Positions 11,891-21,549 of a stretch of 64,000 bases of DNA are shown piece after piece (position 1 is the first letter of the stretch; every line of letters begins with the position of its first letter). The position numbers and the translations under genes are program-made. The stretch is from Trichormus sp. ATA11-4-KO1 (GTDB lineage: Bacteria > Cyanobacteriota > Cyanobacteriia > Cyanobacteriales > Nostocaceae). The notes under the pieces were generated by a model, which worked only from the letters and a program-made list of their open reading frames with translations, was not told where the DNA came from and searched no databases. The DNA lies in NCBI GenBank assembly GCA_019358915.1, contig JAHHIM010000018.1, positions 1-64,000 on the forward strand, given 5' to 3'.

Positions 11891-12138
11891 TATATCTATC
11901 ACCTTGCAGCATAATAACATTTTTCTTTGGGTACTCTTTCTTTTGAATGAGATTAACTCCTGCCCAGGGATAGAGTCGATTAGATGATCACAGGGGTTAT
12001 TCTGTTAATCGCTCGACCTTGGGTAACAAATGAAACTCAATATCTATCAGCAACATCCGTTTTTAATTTTGTTCAAATCTTTTTTTCTTCCACAAATTTA
12101 GTTTTTCAATCTCATTTTCAGGAGTCAAATCAATATTT

Positions 12139-12783
12139 ATGTCTATTCCCAATAATCACGAAAGCGAAAACACTGATATTAGCCAGGAATCTTCCACAGA
12201 TATTCATGGTAATACTCGTACTAACCTGACGCGCAACACCGAAACCCTCCAGAGTAGCGACTCTTATGGGCAGGGTTATGTACAAGGTCAAAATATTGAG
12301 CGTAATTATCAGCAAGCTAATTTAGCTGAACGAGATCATAATAACGCTAGTAGGGGTTTGCTATTGGGTATTATTCTGACTTCTTTAGTTGCTGTAATTG
12401 TAGGTTTTATCTGGTATTTTAACCAGCGCAACAACACACCAGCAGACAATGTTGTACCAGTATTAGTTCCTACACCAGATAATACTAGTCCATCGCCTCA
12501 GCCACAAACCACAATCATCGAAAGAACGAGGGAAGTACCTATACCTGTTCCCGTTTCACCTCCTTCTCCCCCAGAAAGTGACTCGCCTGCAACGCAGACA
12601 CCAATCCCCACAAATCCAACCCCCAACATTCCTAATTCAGAGACAGGAAACGATTCATCACCTAATATTGGGGAGCCTGCTCAAACTACTCCACCTCAAG
12701 GGGTAAACCAGTCAAATGGTACCTCCAGTAGTGGTGCTTCAGCTCCTGGTGAAAACAGTACAGATGAAGGATCTGCTCAATAA
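12139..12783 (+). CDS. Hypothetical single-TM protein with Pro-rich C-terminus
   Basis: One hydrophobic helix followed by a low-complexity P/T/S tail. Confidence 0.7.
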   Translation: MSIPNNHESENTDISQESSTDIHGNTRTNLTRNTETLQSSDSYGQGYVQGQNIERNYQQANLAERDHNNASRGLLLGIILTSLVAVIVGFIWYFNQRNNTPADNVVPVLVPTPDNTSPSPQPQTTIIERTREVPIPVPVSPPSPPESDSPATQTPIPTNPTPNIPNSETGNDSSPNIGEPAQTTPPQGVNQSNGTSSSGASAPGENSTDEGSAQ

Positions 12784-13030
12784 CATTTTGTGAATTGAGT
12801 TAGCTTTATTTTGGGTAAAGTAGGGCTGAGAGAGTCTAATTTACTACCAGTTCTGTCCACTAGAAGTCACGGCTATACAAAATAAACCCGCCTGGTATTG
12901 TGTTTATCTTCACAATGCCAGATTCTCATTCATGTTAACAGGCGATCGCTCTCAGGTAGTTGTGGAGGTCAACGTTTCGCTTTACAAACTTGTGGAATGC
13001 TCGTTTAAATTTGGGAGTCAAAACCAACAC

Positions 13031-13606
13031 TTACATTAAATAACAATTACATTGCAATGCTTTTTTAAGTAAAGTTTGATACTCTTCATCCCCAATACGA
13101 TAAGCACCAAATCTTTCTAAATGGGGATTCATCATTTGGGCATCAAACAGTATGAACTGGCGTTGACGCAATCTTTCTACCAACTTCACCATCGCCACCT
13201 TCGAGCCTTCAGTAATGCGGTAAAACATCGACTCACCAATAAAAGCACCGCCAATGACAATCCCTAAAATTCCCCCAGCTAGTTCATCACCCTGCCAAGT
13301 TTCAAAACTATAAGCATAACCATTCTGGTAAAGTAACCAGTAAATCTCTTGTAACTCCCGTGAAATCCACGTAGTTTCGCGGTTAGCACAACCAATCACC
13401 ACACCCTGAAAATCTCGGTTAATCGCCACCGTAAAACGCTCTTGATTGAGAACACGCTGCAACGACCTAGGATAATGAAATCGCTCATCCAAGGGAATCA
13501 AAGTGCGATCGCGACTTCCATACCATCCCAGGCCTGTATTGTCGTCAGCCATGAGAAAATAACCTTGAGCATAACCCCGAATAATAGCAGCGATATCATA
13601 TTGCAT
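13031..13606 (-). CDS. aat: Leucyl/phenylalanyl-tRNA--protein transferase
   Basis: [18 protein letters not shown] and SKVAMVKL motifs. Confidence 0.92.
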   Translation of the reverse strand: MQYDIAAIIRGYAQGYFLMADDNTGLGWYGSRDRTLIPLDERFHYPRSLQRVLNQERFTVAINRDFQGVVIGCANRETTWISRELQEIYWLLYQNGYAYSFETWQGDELAGGILGIVIGGAFIGESMFYRITEGSKVAMVKLVERLRQRQFILFDAQMMNPHLERFGAYRIGDEEYQTLLKKALQCNCYLM

Positions 13607-13661
13607 AATTAAGCAAAATAAAAAAAACCCCAGAGCAACACTAAGGATGTTTCTCCCTCCG

Positions 13662-13710
13662 GGTTCACCAGTCGCCTGCGGTGGGAAACCCTCCCACAGC
13701 GCTGGTTCAC
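13662..13710. repeat. Small dispersed palindromic repeat of Nostocales type
   Basis: CCAG...CTGCGGTGGGAAACCCTCCCACAG...CTGG hairpin in an intergenic position. Confidence 0.5.
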
Positions 13711-13746
13711 TGCGATTCTCTCAGCATTTCTCTGCGTTTAAAAAAG

Positions 13747-14076
13747 ATGACTGAAGTAATTCCACCCATCACTCTACCACCGTCTCACAACCCCCAACTC
13801 GAAGGTGAATGGTTACAAGACCGTTTATTACGGTGGCTAGACACAGAATTCTTACCTGAAATAGTCAATCAAAAAATTGCCCAACGTGCGGCTCAAATTT
13901 TTGTCCGACAACGCATGGAGGGAGAAAATGACCTAGGATCTCTGGTAATAGCTATTGTCACAGAGATGCAAGCATTTGATTTTTCCAAAAGTTTTTATGG
14001 AGAGTTTGCGATCGCCAACGCCGTCAGCGATCTACTCTTAGAGAGTCTAGGCATTGACCGTTGCTGCGGTCAATAA
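13747..14076 (+). CDS. Conserved cyanobacterial hypothetical protein
   Basis: MTEVIPPITLPP...WLDTEFLPE...FAIANAVSDLL; likely start ATG 13747. Confidence 0.75.
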   Translation: MTEVIPPITLPPSHNPQLEGEWLQDRLLRWLDTEFLPEIVNQKIAQRAAQIFVRQRMEGENDLGSLVIAIVTEMQAFDFSKSFYGEFAIANAVSDLLLESLGIDRCCGQ

Positions 14077-14125
14077 TTTTGCTAATTAGCAGTAAACAGT
14101 AATCAGGCTGATTACTGTTTACTGA

Positions 14126-14428
14126 CTACCAACTAGACTTAACCACACCAGGCAAAAGACCTTCATGCGCCCATTCCCGTAGCACGTTCCGAGATAGTCC
14201 AAAATCGCGGTAAACACCTCTGGGACGACCAGTTACCCAGCAGCGATTCCGGCGGCGACTGGGCGCACTATTCCGGGGTAGCTGTTGAATTTTCCGGTGA
14301 ATTTCCAACTTATCTAAAGGAGATTCTGTTGTTCTGAACTCTTCTAGCAACGCTTCCCGCTTGTCGGCGTACTTTTCTACCATTTTGGCGCGTTTTTTCT
14401 CGCGCTCAATCATGCTTTTTTTAGCCAT
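14126..14428 (-). CDS. rpsN: 30S ribosomal protein S14
   Basis: [13 protein letters not shown]...[12 protein letters not shown]...PGVVKSSW. Confidence 0.98.
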   Translation of the reverse strand: MAKKSMIEREKKRAKMVEKYADKREALLEEFRTTESPLDKLEIHRKIQQLPRNSAPSRRRNRCWVTGRPRGVYRDFGLSRNVLREWAHEGLLPGVVKSSW

Positions 14429-14505
14429 ACATTCTCTAACTGATTTAAAGACAGCATTTTCTATTCTACAATGTCCCCATCAATTCTAGGGATTTTTTAT
14501 CTCCT

Positions 14506-15195
14506 TTACCCTGCCACCAACTGTTTTTTCCCAGTAGGACATAAATCGCTCAACTGACAAGCTTCACAAGCAGGAGAACGGGCTTTACAAATAGCACGAC
14601 CGTGATAAATCAGGCGAATTGACCAATTTTCCCAATCTGGTTGAGGTAACAACGCCATTAAATCTTTTTCAATGCGGATGGGGTCAGGATACTTTGTTAA
14701 ACCCAAGCGTTGACTAAGACGCTTAACATGAGTATCTACTGTAACGCCAGAATTAATCCCATAAGCATGAGCTAGGACTACATTTGCCGTCTTTCGAGCT
14801 ACACCTGGCAGCTTTAATAACTGCTCCATTTGGTTGGGAACTACAGAGTCAAACTCGCTGACAATCATCCGACAGGCGGCTTGAATATTCTTCGCTTTAT
14901 TGCGATAAAACCCTGTAGAACGCACCAAATTTTCTAATTCTTCTAGGTCAGCATTAGCCAAACTAGCTGCATCTGGAAACCGCGCAAATAAGGCTGGTGT
15001 TACCTTATTTACTCGCTCATCGGTACATTGAGCGGAAAGAATAGTTGCCACCAGCAATTGTACTGGTGTTGCATAATTCAAAGAGCAAGTTGCATCGGGA
15101 TATAGACTCTGCAAACGAGCGAGAATTGCTAACGCTCGTTGCTTCTGAGATGGCGATTTACGGGTAACACTCACTGGAACAACTTTTGCACCCAT
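14506..15195 (-). CDS. nth: Endonuclease III
   Basis: LSAQCTDERVN, HhH LPGVARKTAN, VDTHV and the CxxxxxxCxxCxxxxxC Fe-S motif. The true start may be slightly downstream. Confidence 0.95.
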   Translation of the reverse strand: MGAKVVPVSVTRKSPSQKQRALAILARLQSLYPDATCSLNYATPVQLLVATILSAQCTDERVNKVTPALFARFPDAASLANADLEELENLVRSTGFYRNKAKNIQAACRMIVSEFDSVVPNQMEQLLKLPGVARKTANVVLAHAYGINSGVTVDTHVKRLSQRLGLTKYPDPIRIEKDLMALLPQPDWENWSIRLIYHGRAICKARSPACEACQLSDLCPTGKKQLVAG

Positions 15196-16268
15196 TCCAA
15201 TTGAGAAGTTAACTGGGTAGTTTCTTTAACAATCAGAAAAATACCTAATCCTAACAGTAGCACCAAACCAGTTTGCATCACACCCTCTTGAATCCGGTTA
15301 GGCAATGGCTTACCGCGCACACCTTCAATCAGCAAAAATGCTAATTGTCCACCATCCAAAGCTGGTAAAGGCAAAATATTGATGATTGCCAAGTTAATAC
15401 TAATCAAAGCAGCAAAGAAAAACAAACTGCCTGTATCATTTTGAGCGATGCTAGAACCAATTTGCACAATTTTGATCGGCCCAGCTACTTGACCTGCTGT
15501 TTCGCCAAAATTGGTGATCAGTTGCCCAAACCCTTTAAATGTCATAGAGACAAGGCGTTGAAATTCCGTAGCACCAATGTTTAAAGCTTGCCCCAGATTA
15601 GTCACAGGACGACGTATAACTTCGCCATTGGGAGCCAGTCCAATACCGATAGAGCCTCCAGCTGACGTATCTTCCGGAATCACCTTCACAGAGAGTTTTT
15701 GCTCACCACGGGCAATTTCTAGTTGGACGGGTTGACCTGGATTATTTTTAATAATGTCCCTGAACGTTTCTATCTCTTGCAACGCCGTTCCAAACTGTTT
15801 TTGGTTTGCGGCTAAGATGACATCTCCTGGTTGAATCCCTGCATCGGTGGCGACAGAACTAACTTCTGGTGCTAGTTGTTTAATTAAAACTCCTGGTTGG
15901 CTGGCTTGGCCTATGCCGACAATGCTCACCTGGGTTACCAGTAGTAAATAGGCAAATATTAAATTTGCGATGACTCCCGCGCTGATGACGAGCGCCCGGT
16001 CTAAAATTGGCCGGTTACGCAGCAAATTCGGGTCATTGGGTGGAATATCGCTATCTGGGTCATCATCGGGAAAGCCAACAAAGCCTCCCAAGGGAAAGGC
16101 GCGGATAGCATATTCGGTTTGCGATCCTTGGTACTTCCAAAGAATGGGGCCAAACCCCAAAGAAAAGCGGTTAACGAGAATACCTTGAGAACGGGCTGCG
16201 ATAAAATGTCCCAACTCGTGTACCAAGATCAGAACAGCCAAGACTGCGATCGCTGCTAAAACTGACAT
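15171..16268 (-). CDS. rseP: RIP metalloprotease RseP
   Basis: HELGH, a PDZ domain and NILPLPALDGG. Confidence 0.95.
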   Translation of the reverse strand: MSVLAAIAVLAVLILVHELGHFIAARSQGILVNRFSLGFGPILWKYQGSQTEYAIRAFPLGGFVGFPDDDPDSDIPPNDPNLLRNRPILDRALVISAGVIANLIFAYLLLVTQVSIVGIGQASQPGVLIKQLAPEVSSVATDAGIQPGDVILAANQKQFGTALQEIETFRDIIKNNPGQPVQLEIARGEQKLSVKVIPEDTSAGGSIGIGLAPNGEVIRRPVTNLGQALNIGATEFQRLVSMTFKGFGQLITNFGETAGQVAGPIKIVQIGSSIAQNDTGSLFFFAALISINLAIINILPLPALDGGQLAFLLIEGVRGKPLPNRIQEGVMQTGLVLLLGLGIFLIVKETTQLTSQLEWVQKLFQ

Positions 16269-16380
16269 AGAGCAAATTAATCAAAATATGCGAATATATT
16301 ATTTTTATTGTAGTAGTTTAGGCACGGGCACAGAGACTCCTATCATCCTACAGGATCAAGCGATGCCTGGATTAAGTGAG

Positions 16381-16409
16381 GCAATGTCTACGAAGTGTTA
16401 CGCCTATGC
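16381..16409 (+). repeat. 21-nt element inserted in a HIP1-like site (SDR5-like)
   Basis: GCAAT-GTCTACGAAGTGTTACGCCTA-TGC; related copies lie at 17523-17551 and 19738-19766. Confidence 0.65.
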
Positions 16410-16413
16410 GCTC

Positions 16414-16765
16414 TCACTTGAAAGGAATATACTCTACTGAATTCGTCCATTCATCAACTTCTGACGCTTTTGCTATCAATTCTAAGTCTTTAACAAATTG
16501 ACCAATTGTGCCGCCAAGTTGATGTCCAAAGATTAATCCTGAAAACTGTTTTCCTTCTATTTGCCAAGTTTCAGCTAATACCCGAAAACGGATATCTTGA
16601 GTAAAGAGGACTCGTTTAAGCTGTGTCACTCTCTCTAATAATTTATTATCAGGCAATTCTTGCGTATCATCTTCCAAGGACGTTAACACATCATACACCC
16701 CGACGACGCAATTGTGATGTAATAGCTTCAGGGACATGAACATCCATATAGAGAGAAATAGGCAC
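16414..16765 (-). pseudogene. DUF5615 PIN-like toxin, frameshifted
   Basis: GTG-PISLYMDVHVPEAITSQLRRRGV then TGA at 16691-16693. Removing 1 nt restores ...GVDVLTSLEDD...RVLFTQD... Confidence 0.8.
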
Positions 16766-17077
16766 TTACAGCAGTCCTTTTGCTTTCATTCTGCTATAAA
16801 AGGGAGATTTTACTGAATCGTTATTATTTGTTTGCACTTGTTCCCATTCTTGCTTAATTTCTTGATCAACCTCTTCTTGATGGTCAAAGTAATAACCCAT
16901 AGCTGCATGAGCTTCAGCATGAGTTAAATAAGGATGTTGGCGACACATTTCTTCTACTGACCAACCATAGGCAAGATAATCCATAACAATTTGCGCTACT
17001 CTAATACGAGGTAAACGCTGTAATCTTGCGGGCTGATTCCCATTTTTTTCGATATGTGGGTAGCTTATTGTTAACAT
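16766..17077 (-). CDS. DUF433 family antitoxin
   Basis: RIRVAQIV...GWSVEEMCRQHPYLTHAEAHAAMGYY. Confidence 0.88.
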   Translation of the reverse strand: MLTISYPHIEKNGNQPARLQRLPRIRVAQIVMDYLAYGWSVEEMCRQHPYLTHAEAHAAMGYYFDHQEEVDQEIKQEWEQVQTNNNDSVKSPFYSRMKAKGLL

Positions 17078-17100
17078 GTTATTTCAATACCTTATGAAAT

Positions 17101-17439
17101 TTATGTGATAACATCTCCTAGAGTTCTGCCTTTATCAGCAATAGAGACAAGAAGCGTGCGCGGTTTATTCTAGGACTTACGCACAAGTTACGGAAGAATC
17201 AAACCGCAGAGGCACAGAGGAGCCATTGCGTTGCGCGGGTTTCCCGCGTTGTAGCAAATGGCGTAACACCGAGGAATGCGAGGAATAAGAGTTAGGGAAG
17301 TATTTTGCGTAAGTCCTATATTCAATGGGGTAGTTTCTTCTAGGATAGTGAAAATCACACGAGCAGTAATAACCTGCGGCTGTTCCGATACTCATGTTAC
17401 TTGACCGCTTTCATAGATAGCTTTCTAACTTTTTAGCAT
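17101..17439 (-). pseudogene. Decayed antitoxin-like gene with two in-frame stops, split by a MITE
   Basis: MLKS*KAIYESGQVT*VSEQPQVITARVIFTILEETTPL | MITE | NKPRTLLVSIADKGRTLGDVIT*, resembling small cyanobacterial antitoxins. Confidence 0.55.
17171..17318. mobile_element. MITE with 13-bp terminal inverted repeats
   Basis: TAGGACTTACGCA ... TGCGTAAGTCCTA, with an internal palindrome and no transposase. Confidence 0.85.
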
Positions 17440-17522
17440 GGCCATACGCTCTCATTCACCTTTGTGTCTTTTCATTATAGTTTGAGCGATCGCTACTTTA
17501 ATTCAAAAGATTTGGTGATACT

Positions 17523-17551
17523 GCGTAGGTGTCGCTCGTCGTAGACATTGC
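17523..17551 (-). repeat. 21-nt element inserted in a HIP1-like site (SDR5-like)
   Basis: Reverse complement is GCAAT-GTCTACGACGAGCGACACCTA-CGC. Confidence 0.65.
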
Positions 17552-17560
17552 ATTATGCAG

Positions 17561-17965
17561 TTATTCTTTTGCCCAATTTTCTAAATTAATGCCCTGTACT
17601 CTGAGCAAATCAGAATCATTAGAAACTAAAATCAAACCGCGTATAATTGCCGTAGCGGCGATAAATATATCTTGCTCTTGGATAGTAAAACCCCTGCGTT
17701 GTAAATCTACATGAATTTCGCAGGCTTTTTCTATAATTTCTATATCATCCAAAAATAATACTTTATATTCATTACAAAATTGATAAAAATCAGCTAACTG
17801 TCTAGTAGCATTTATAGCTAAAAGTCCTCGCTTAAGTTCATAGTAAGTTATACAACTAATAAATACTTCTTCTCCACGTAAACTTACTTTTCTTAATTTA
17901 TTACCGACATATATATTTTTCTTTAAAATATAAGTAACAATATTTGAATCTAGTAAATAAGTCAA
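17561..17965 (-). CDS. vapC: PIN-domain (VapC) toxin
   Basis: YLLDSNIV, ITYYEL, DIFIAATA and LVSND motifs. Confidence 0.9.
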   Translation of the reverse strand: MTYLLDSNIVTYILKKNIYVGNKLRKVSLRGEEVFISCITYYELKRGLLAINATRQLADFYQFCNEYKVLFLDDIEIIEKACEIHVDLQRRGFTIQEQDIFIAATAIIRGLILVSNDSDLLRVQGINLENWAKE

Positions 17966-17970
17966 TTGAG

Positions 17971-18276
17971 TTATATTCCTGATACCACTGCATCGAAAGT
18001 TGCTATTTGCTCAGGTGTCAAATCATTTAATGTACCTGAAACAGCCTCTAATGTCAGTATTTTTCTAATTCTGCGCCTCATTTCATAATCGTTAATAGCT
18101 CTCATTTCTTCCGGTGAAAACTGCTCAAATAGCTCCACTAATATTTCAATTATTTCTTGTCGATTTAATTTTACTTGATATAAGCTATTACTGTTAATTA
18201 ATTGGTCTACAATCGGTGTAATTCGATTGGTAATTTCTTGCTGATAATTTGTAACTTTAGGCATAGTTTTTTCCAT
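17971..18276 (-). CDS. Putative antitoxin partner of the downstream PIN toxin
   Basis: Small gene ending 5 nt upstream of vapC; C-terminal LNDLTPEQIATFDAVV. Confidence 0.6.
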   Translation of the reverse strand: MEKTMPKVTNYQQEITNRITPIVDQLINSNSLYQVKLNRQEIIEILVELFEQFSPEEMRAINDYEMRRRIRKILTLEAVSGTLNDLTPEQIATFDAVVSGI

Positions 18277-18316
18277 ATTTATTAATATTTACTCTAATTA
18301 TAAACCATGTTCTCTG

Positions 18317-18790
18317 TTAAAGCACTGTCTCTACTGCATTACAAAACGCTGCAACAACCAACGGCAATTCTTTCATGACAAACGCTAACTCCTCAGGATT
18401 GGCAACAAGAAAGCCAAGGTTATCGAGGTAAGCCAAGCATAAGAACACCTGCTTGAGATTTGTGTAATCAGCAGGCAATGGTTTTACAGATTCGTAACCT
18501 TGTAAAAAGACTTTCTGTTGTTGCTCCTCAAGCTCCATCAGCGCTAAAGCAAGGTCATAAAGATAAAAACCAAAACCACGCAAACTGCTTAACCAAACTA
18601 GTTCTGACCATATTGTGTCTCGGTTATGAAGTGCAGATGTGTGCAGACGCAGCAAATAGGATATATCGTCAACATCTACTTTAAAGTTAATGTTGCTTGC
18701 TCCACCTAAGCGCGTTAGCTGAGCGTTTTCTAAACCATAGTTACGAAGTGCTTCAACTGCAAGGTGTAAAAACGTCTTGTCGTTCATCAT
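18317..18790 (-). pseudogene. APH/homoserine-kinase-type phosphotransferase with an internal deletion
   Basis: The N-lobe (NINFKV, YLLRLH, SELVWL) is joined directly to GFGFYLYDLA. The catalytic HxD and DF motifs are absent. Confidence 0.7.
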
Positions 18791-18886
18791 CTATAAATTC
18801 CAAAAGTGCCTTAACGGTGAATTTGTACAGTTTTAGGTAACTTTTAAGACCTACTGACAACCTTTATCCCACTGCACTGTCACAGG

Positions 18887-19681
18887 TTAGCTTGCTGTAT
18901 ACACCCATATCTCAAACTTTGCTTGGGATGATAACTCTGTTGCCAAGGAATTATAGTGTTCAACACAAAACTTTTCAAACTCGCTCATGACATGAGGAAA
19001 TATCTCGTCCGATACTGACCAACATAACCCGTAGGCTCGTGATTTAAAAAAACTGAGGAGTTCTTTTACAGTGTTGCTTACTGTCCACTCTTTGGCAATC
19101 ATATAGCTTGACCGATAACCTTTGTTATAAAAATAGTCTTCTATGTTGATTTCTTCGATTACTTTCTTTTTTGATGCTGGTTCTACTTCATATTTAGCTA
19201 AAATAGCTTTGAAATAACGCTCAAATTCCATGCGTGCAGGTGGAGTAATCCATTGAGCATTGAGATAAAAACCTTGTGGTTTCAACACGCGAATAACCTC
19301 ATCCAGAAACATCTTCCGATTTGAAACGGTGTGCAGCATGTGAACAGTTAACACAACGTCAAAACTCTGATCTGTAAAAGGCAATTGTGAAGCATTTGCA
19401 TTAATCAGCTTCAGATTTGGAGGAATTTTTTCCAGTTTTTGTCTGAATTGGTCAAGCATTTCTGGAGAAACATCAATTCCCGTTACAGAATAGCCGCGTT
19501 TGACGAAAGGAAGAACATTCAATCCTGTGCCAACACCAGGTTCTAAAAAAGATGTCTCAGGCTTTGCGTCTACTAATTTGAGAATAAAATCTGCAACTTC
19601 CTCAGCGACGGATTCTGTTAGCCAACGCGTTTGGTCATAGAGGTGAGCAATTGTGTCGTAATAGTTATTAGGCTTTCTCAT
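18887..19681 (-). CDS. Class I SAM-dependent methyltransferase
   Basis: FLEPGVGTG, GIDVSPEML, LPFTDQSFDVV and RVLKPQG motifs. Confidence 0.9.
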   Translation of the reverse strand: MRKPNNYYDTIAHLYDQTRWLTESVAEEVADFILKLVDAKPETSFLEPGVGTGLNVLPFVKRGYSVTGIDVSPEMLDQFRQKLEKIPPNLKLINANASQLPFTDQSFDVVLTVHMLHTVSNRKMFLDEVIRVLKPQGFYLNAQWITPPARMEFERYFKAILAKYEVEPASKKKVIEEINIEDYFYNKGYRSSYMIAKEWTVSNTVKELLSFFKSRAYGLCWSVSDEIFPHVMSEFEKFCVEHYNSLATELSSQAKFEIWVYTAS

Positions 19682-19737
19682 TTTGCTGAACTACGCTCTC
19701 TCATTATGGTTTGGGATAACTGAAAATTAACACTGGT

Positions 19738-19766
19738 GCGATGTCTACGACTGGCTACGCTTACGC
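19738..19766 (+). repeat. 21-nt element inserted in HIP1 (SDR5-like)
   Basis: GCGAT-GTCTACGACTGGCTACGCTTA-CGC; removing the 21 nt restores GCGATCGC. Confidence 0.75.
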
Positions 19767-19858
19767 ACTACAACCAATTCTTAAATTCGTCTTTTGTTAA
19801 CTGACAATCGCGCAAAATTTGAGTTTGTCTTTCTGGCAGTCATCCTCACATAAATTAC

Positions 19859-20728
19859 TTACAGCACGGCAAGTTCTTTAAAACAACGCCGAGTTAACTC
19901 TATTCGAGCAGATATATCTTTCTGGTTACGAACATCAATATTAGTAGTGAAAAAGTAAACATTCTTGCCTTTCTCCAAGTAACCCACATACCAGCCAATT
20001 TTCGGCGTTAAGTTGTCATCAAACCCAAACAAGCCTGTTTTAGCTCTGATTGTGTAGTCTGGAGTTTGCTCGTTTACCATAATGTCTTTGACAATGGAGA
20101 GCGATCGCTTGGAGAAAGGTAAATCGTTATTATAGAGACGACGGAGAAATTGAATTTGCTCTTGAGGTGTAATTCGCAGTTCTCCCGCTAACCAAAATTT
20201 ATCAATATCATCTTTACTACCAATTTTTTGGTTGCCGTATCCAGCTTGAGCCACCCATTTTTGCATTCGCTCATACCCCACTCGACGAGCTAGAACTTGG
20301 TAAAACCAAACGGCAGATAATTTGAATGCTTCTTTCATATTCAGGTCTCGGTTCCACTCAGGAATGCTTCTTGTAATGCCGTCCCATGTTAGAACTGCAA
20401 TTTCATTTGAAATTACCCCAGTTTCTAAGGCAATCAAGGAGTTGAGAATCTTAAATGTCGATGCAGGTAAAAAAGCTGTTGCGTTCCTCTGTGGGTTGTG
20501 TTGAAAAATGCGATCGTTGTTCAAGTCATAAATCAGAATTGCACCCTCAACCCCTAATTCTCGAAAGTGCCTGCTAAAATCAATTTTCTGAGCGATATCT
20601 ATACTGGCTGGAAGCTCAATCGCTGATTTTGGTAGAGTTGATGCTGATTGTATTGAGAAAAATAGGATCGAGGAAGTGCAACTCAACACAACAAGAGTAA
20701 TGATTGCAGAGCGAACTATTCGGTTCAT
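19859..20728 (-). CDS. Class D (OXA-like) beta-lactamase
   Basis: STFK, SAV, YGN, KTG and GWYVG motifs plus a signal-peptide-like N-terminus. The likely start is ATG 20728 (the ORF opens at 20833). Confidence 0.9.
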   Translation of the reverse strand: MNRIVRSAIITLVVLSCTSSILFFSIQSASTLPKSAIELPASIDIAQKIDFSRHFRELGVEGAILIYDLNNDRIFQHNPQRNATAFLPASTFKILNSLIALETGVISNEIAVLTWDGITRSIPEWNRDLNMKEAFKLSAVWFYQVLARRVGYERMQKWVAQAGYGNQKIGSKDDIDKFWLAGELRITPQEQIQFLRRLYNNDLPFSKRSLSIVKDIMVNEQTPDYTIRAKTGLFGFDDNLTPKIGWYVGYLEKGKNVYFFTTNIDVRNQKDISARIELTRRCFKELAVL

Positions 20729-21036
20729 AAGCTTCCGTGAATTGGTGAAGTGATGAGCAGCCTGGAAATACGATACCAGAATTTTGGTTTTTGGAACTTG
20801 AGATGCGATCGCACTAACGTTCTCAATCACCACAGATAACCTCGAACTCTCACGCAGAACTTCTCAATGGTTGGGTGCATAGCTTTGTAAATTTTTAGTC
20901 TGGTAATCCTGCTCTCATTTACCTTTGCCTATAGGATTACTATTTGATTTTTGAACAACACGTAGGGTGGAATATTATTTTGTTTGATTGGGTTCATTCA
21001 TTAACTAAGCGAGGATAGATGTGATCGTTCATCCAC

Positions 21037-21549
21037 CTAATGCACTACTTGAATTTCAATTCCCACGCTTAGGCTACCCCATAAACGATCAGTAGTCATA
21101 ACAGGTTGGTTAAGCAATATACCTAATGCTAGACAAGCGCGATCGCCAAATGAAAGTCCGATTGATTTAAGTAGGTGGGTGGAAAAATTTATCGCTAGGA
21201 TAAGGCAGAAGGCAGAAGGCAGGAGGCAGAAGGGAAGAGGGTTTTAAGCTGATTCATTTTTCTTTACATAGTTGATTTTATTTGTGCCTACCTACTTAGT
21301 AGTTGGACGCATCATTCCCGCCTTAAATGCTTGTTCTTCATTAAAAGGAACAACCTCAAGATTTAAATTACCAAGAATCTGCCTAATATCTTCTTCAGGA
21401 ATTCCTGCTTCTGCTAACTTTGCTACGACTTCGGATAAGTTGACAGAACTAATTGCTGCATTGCCAATAAACTGCAAAATTTCTTCGCTACCAGTTTCTT
21501 GATTCAGCAAAGCTAAAACAGCAGAGGCATCTACAACAACTTCACTCAC
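21037..21549 (-). pseudogene. vapC: PIN-domain (VapC) toxin disrupted by a MITE
   Basis: Removing 21170-21298 restores a 127-aa ORF, VVDASAVLA...MRPTTK|SIGLSFGDRACLALG...TTDRLW...VVH*. Confidence 0.9.
21170..21296. mobile_element. MITE with a TA target-site duplication (IS630-like)
   Basis: TA-AGTAGGTGGG ... CCTACCTACT-TA; 127 bp with internal GGCAGAA heptamers. Confidence 0.85.
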
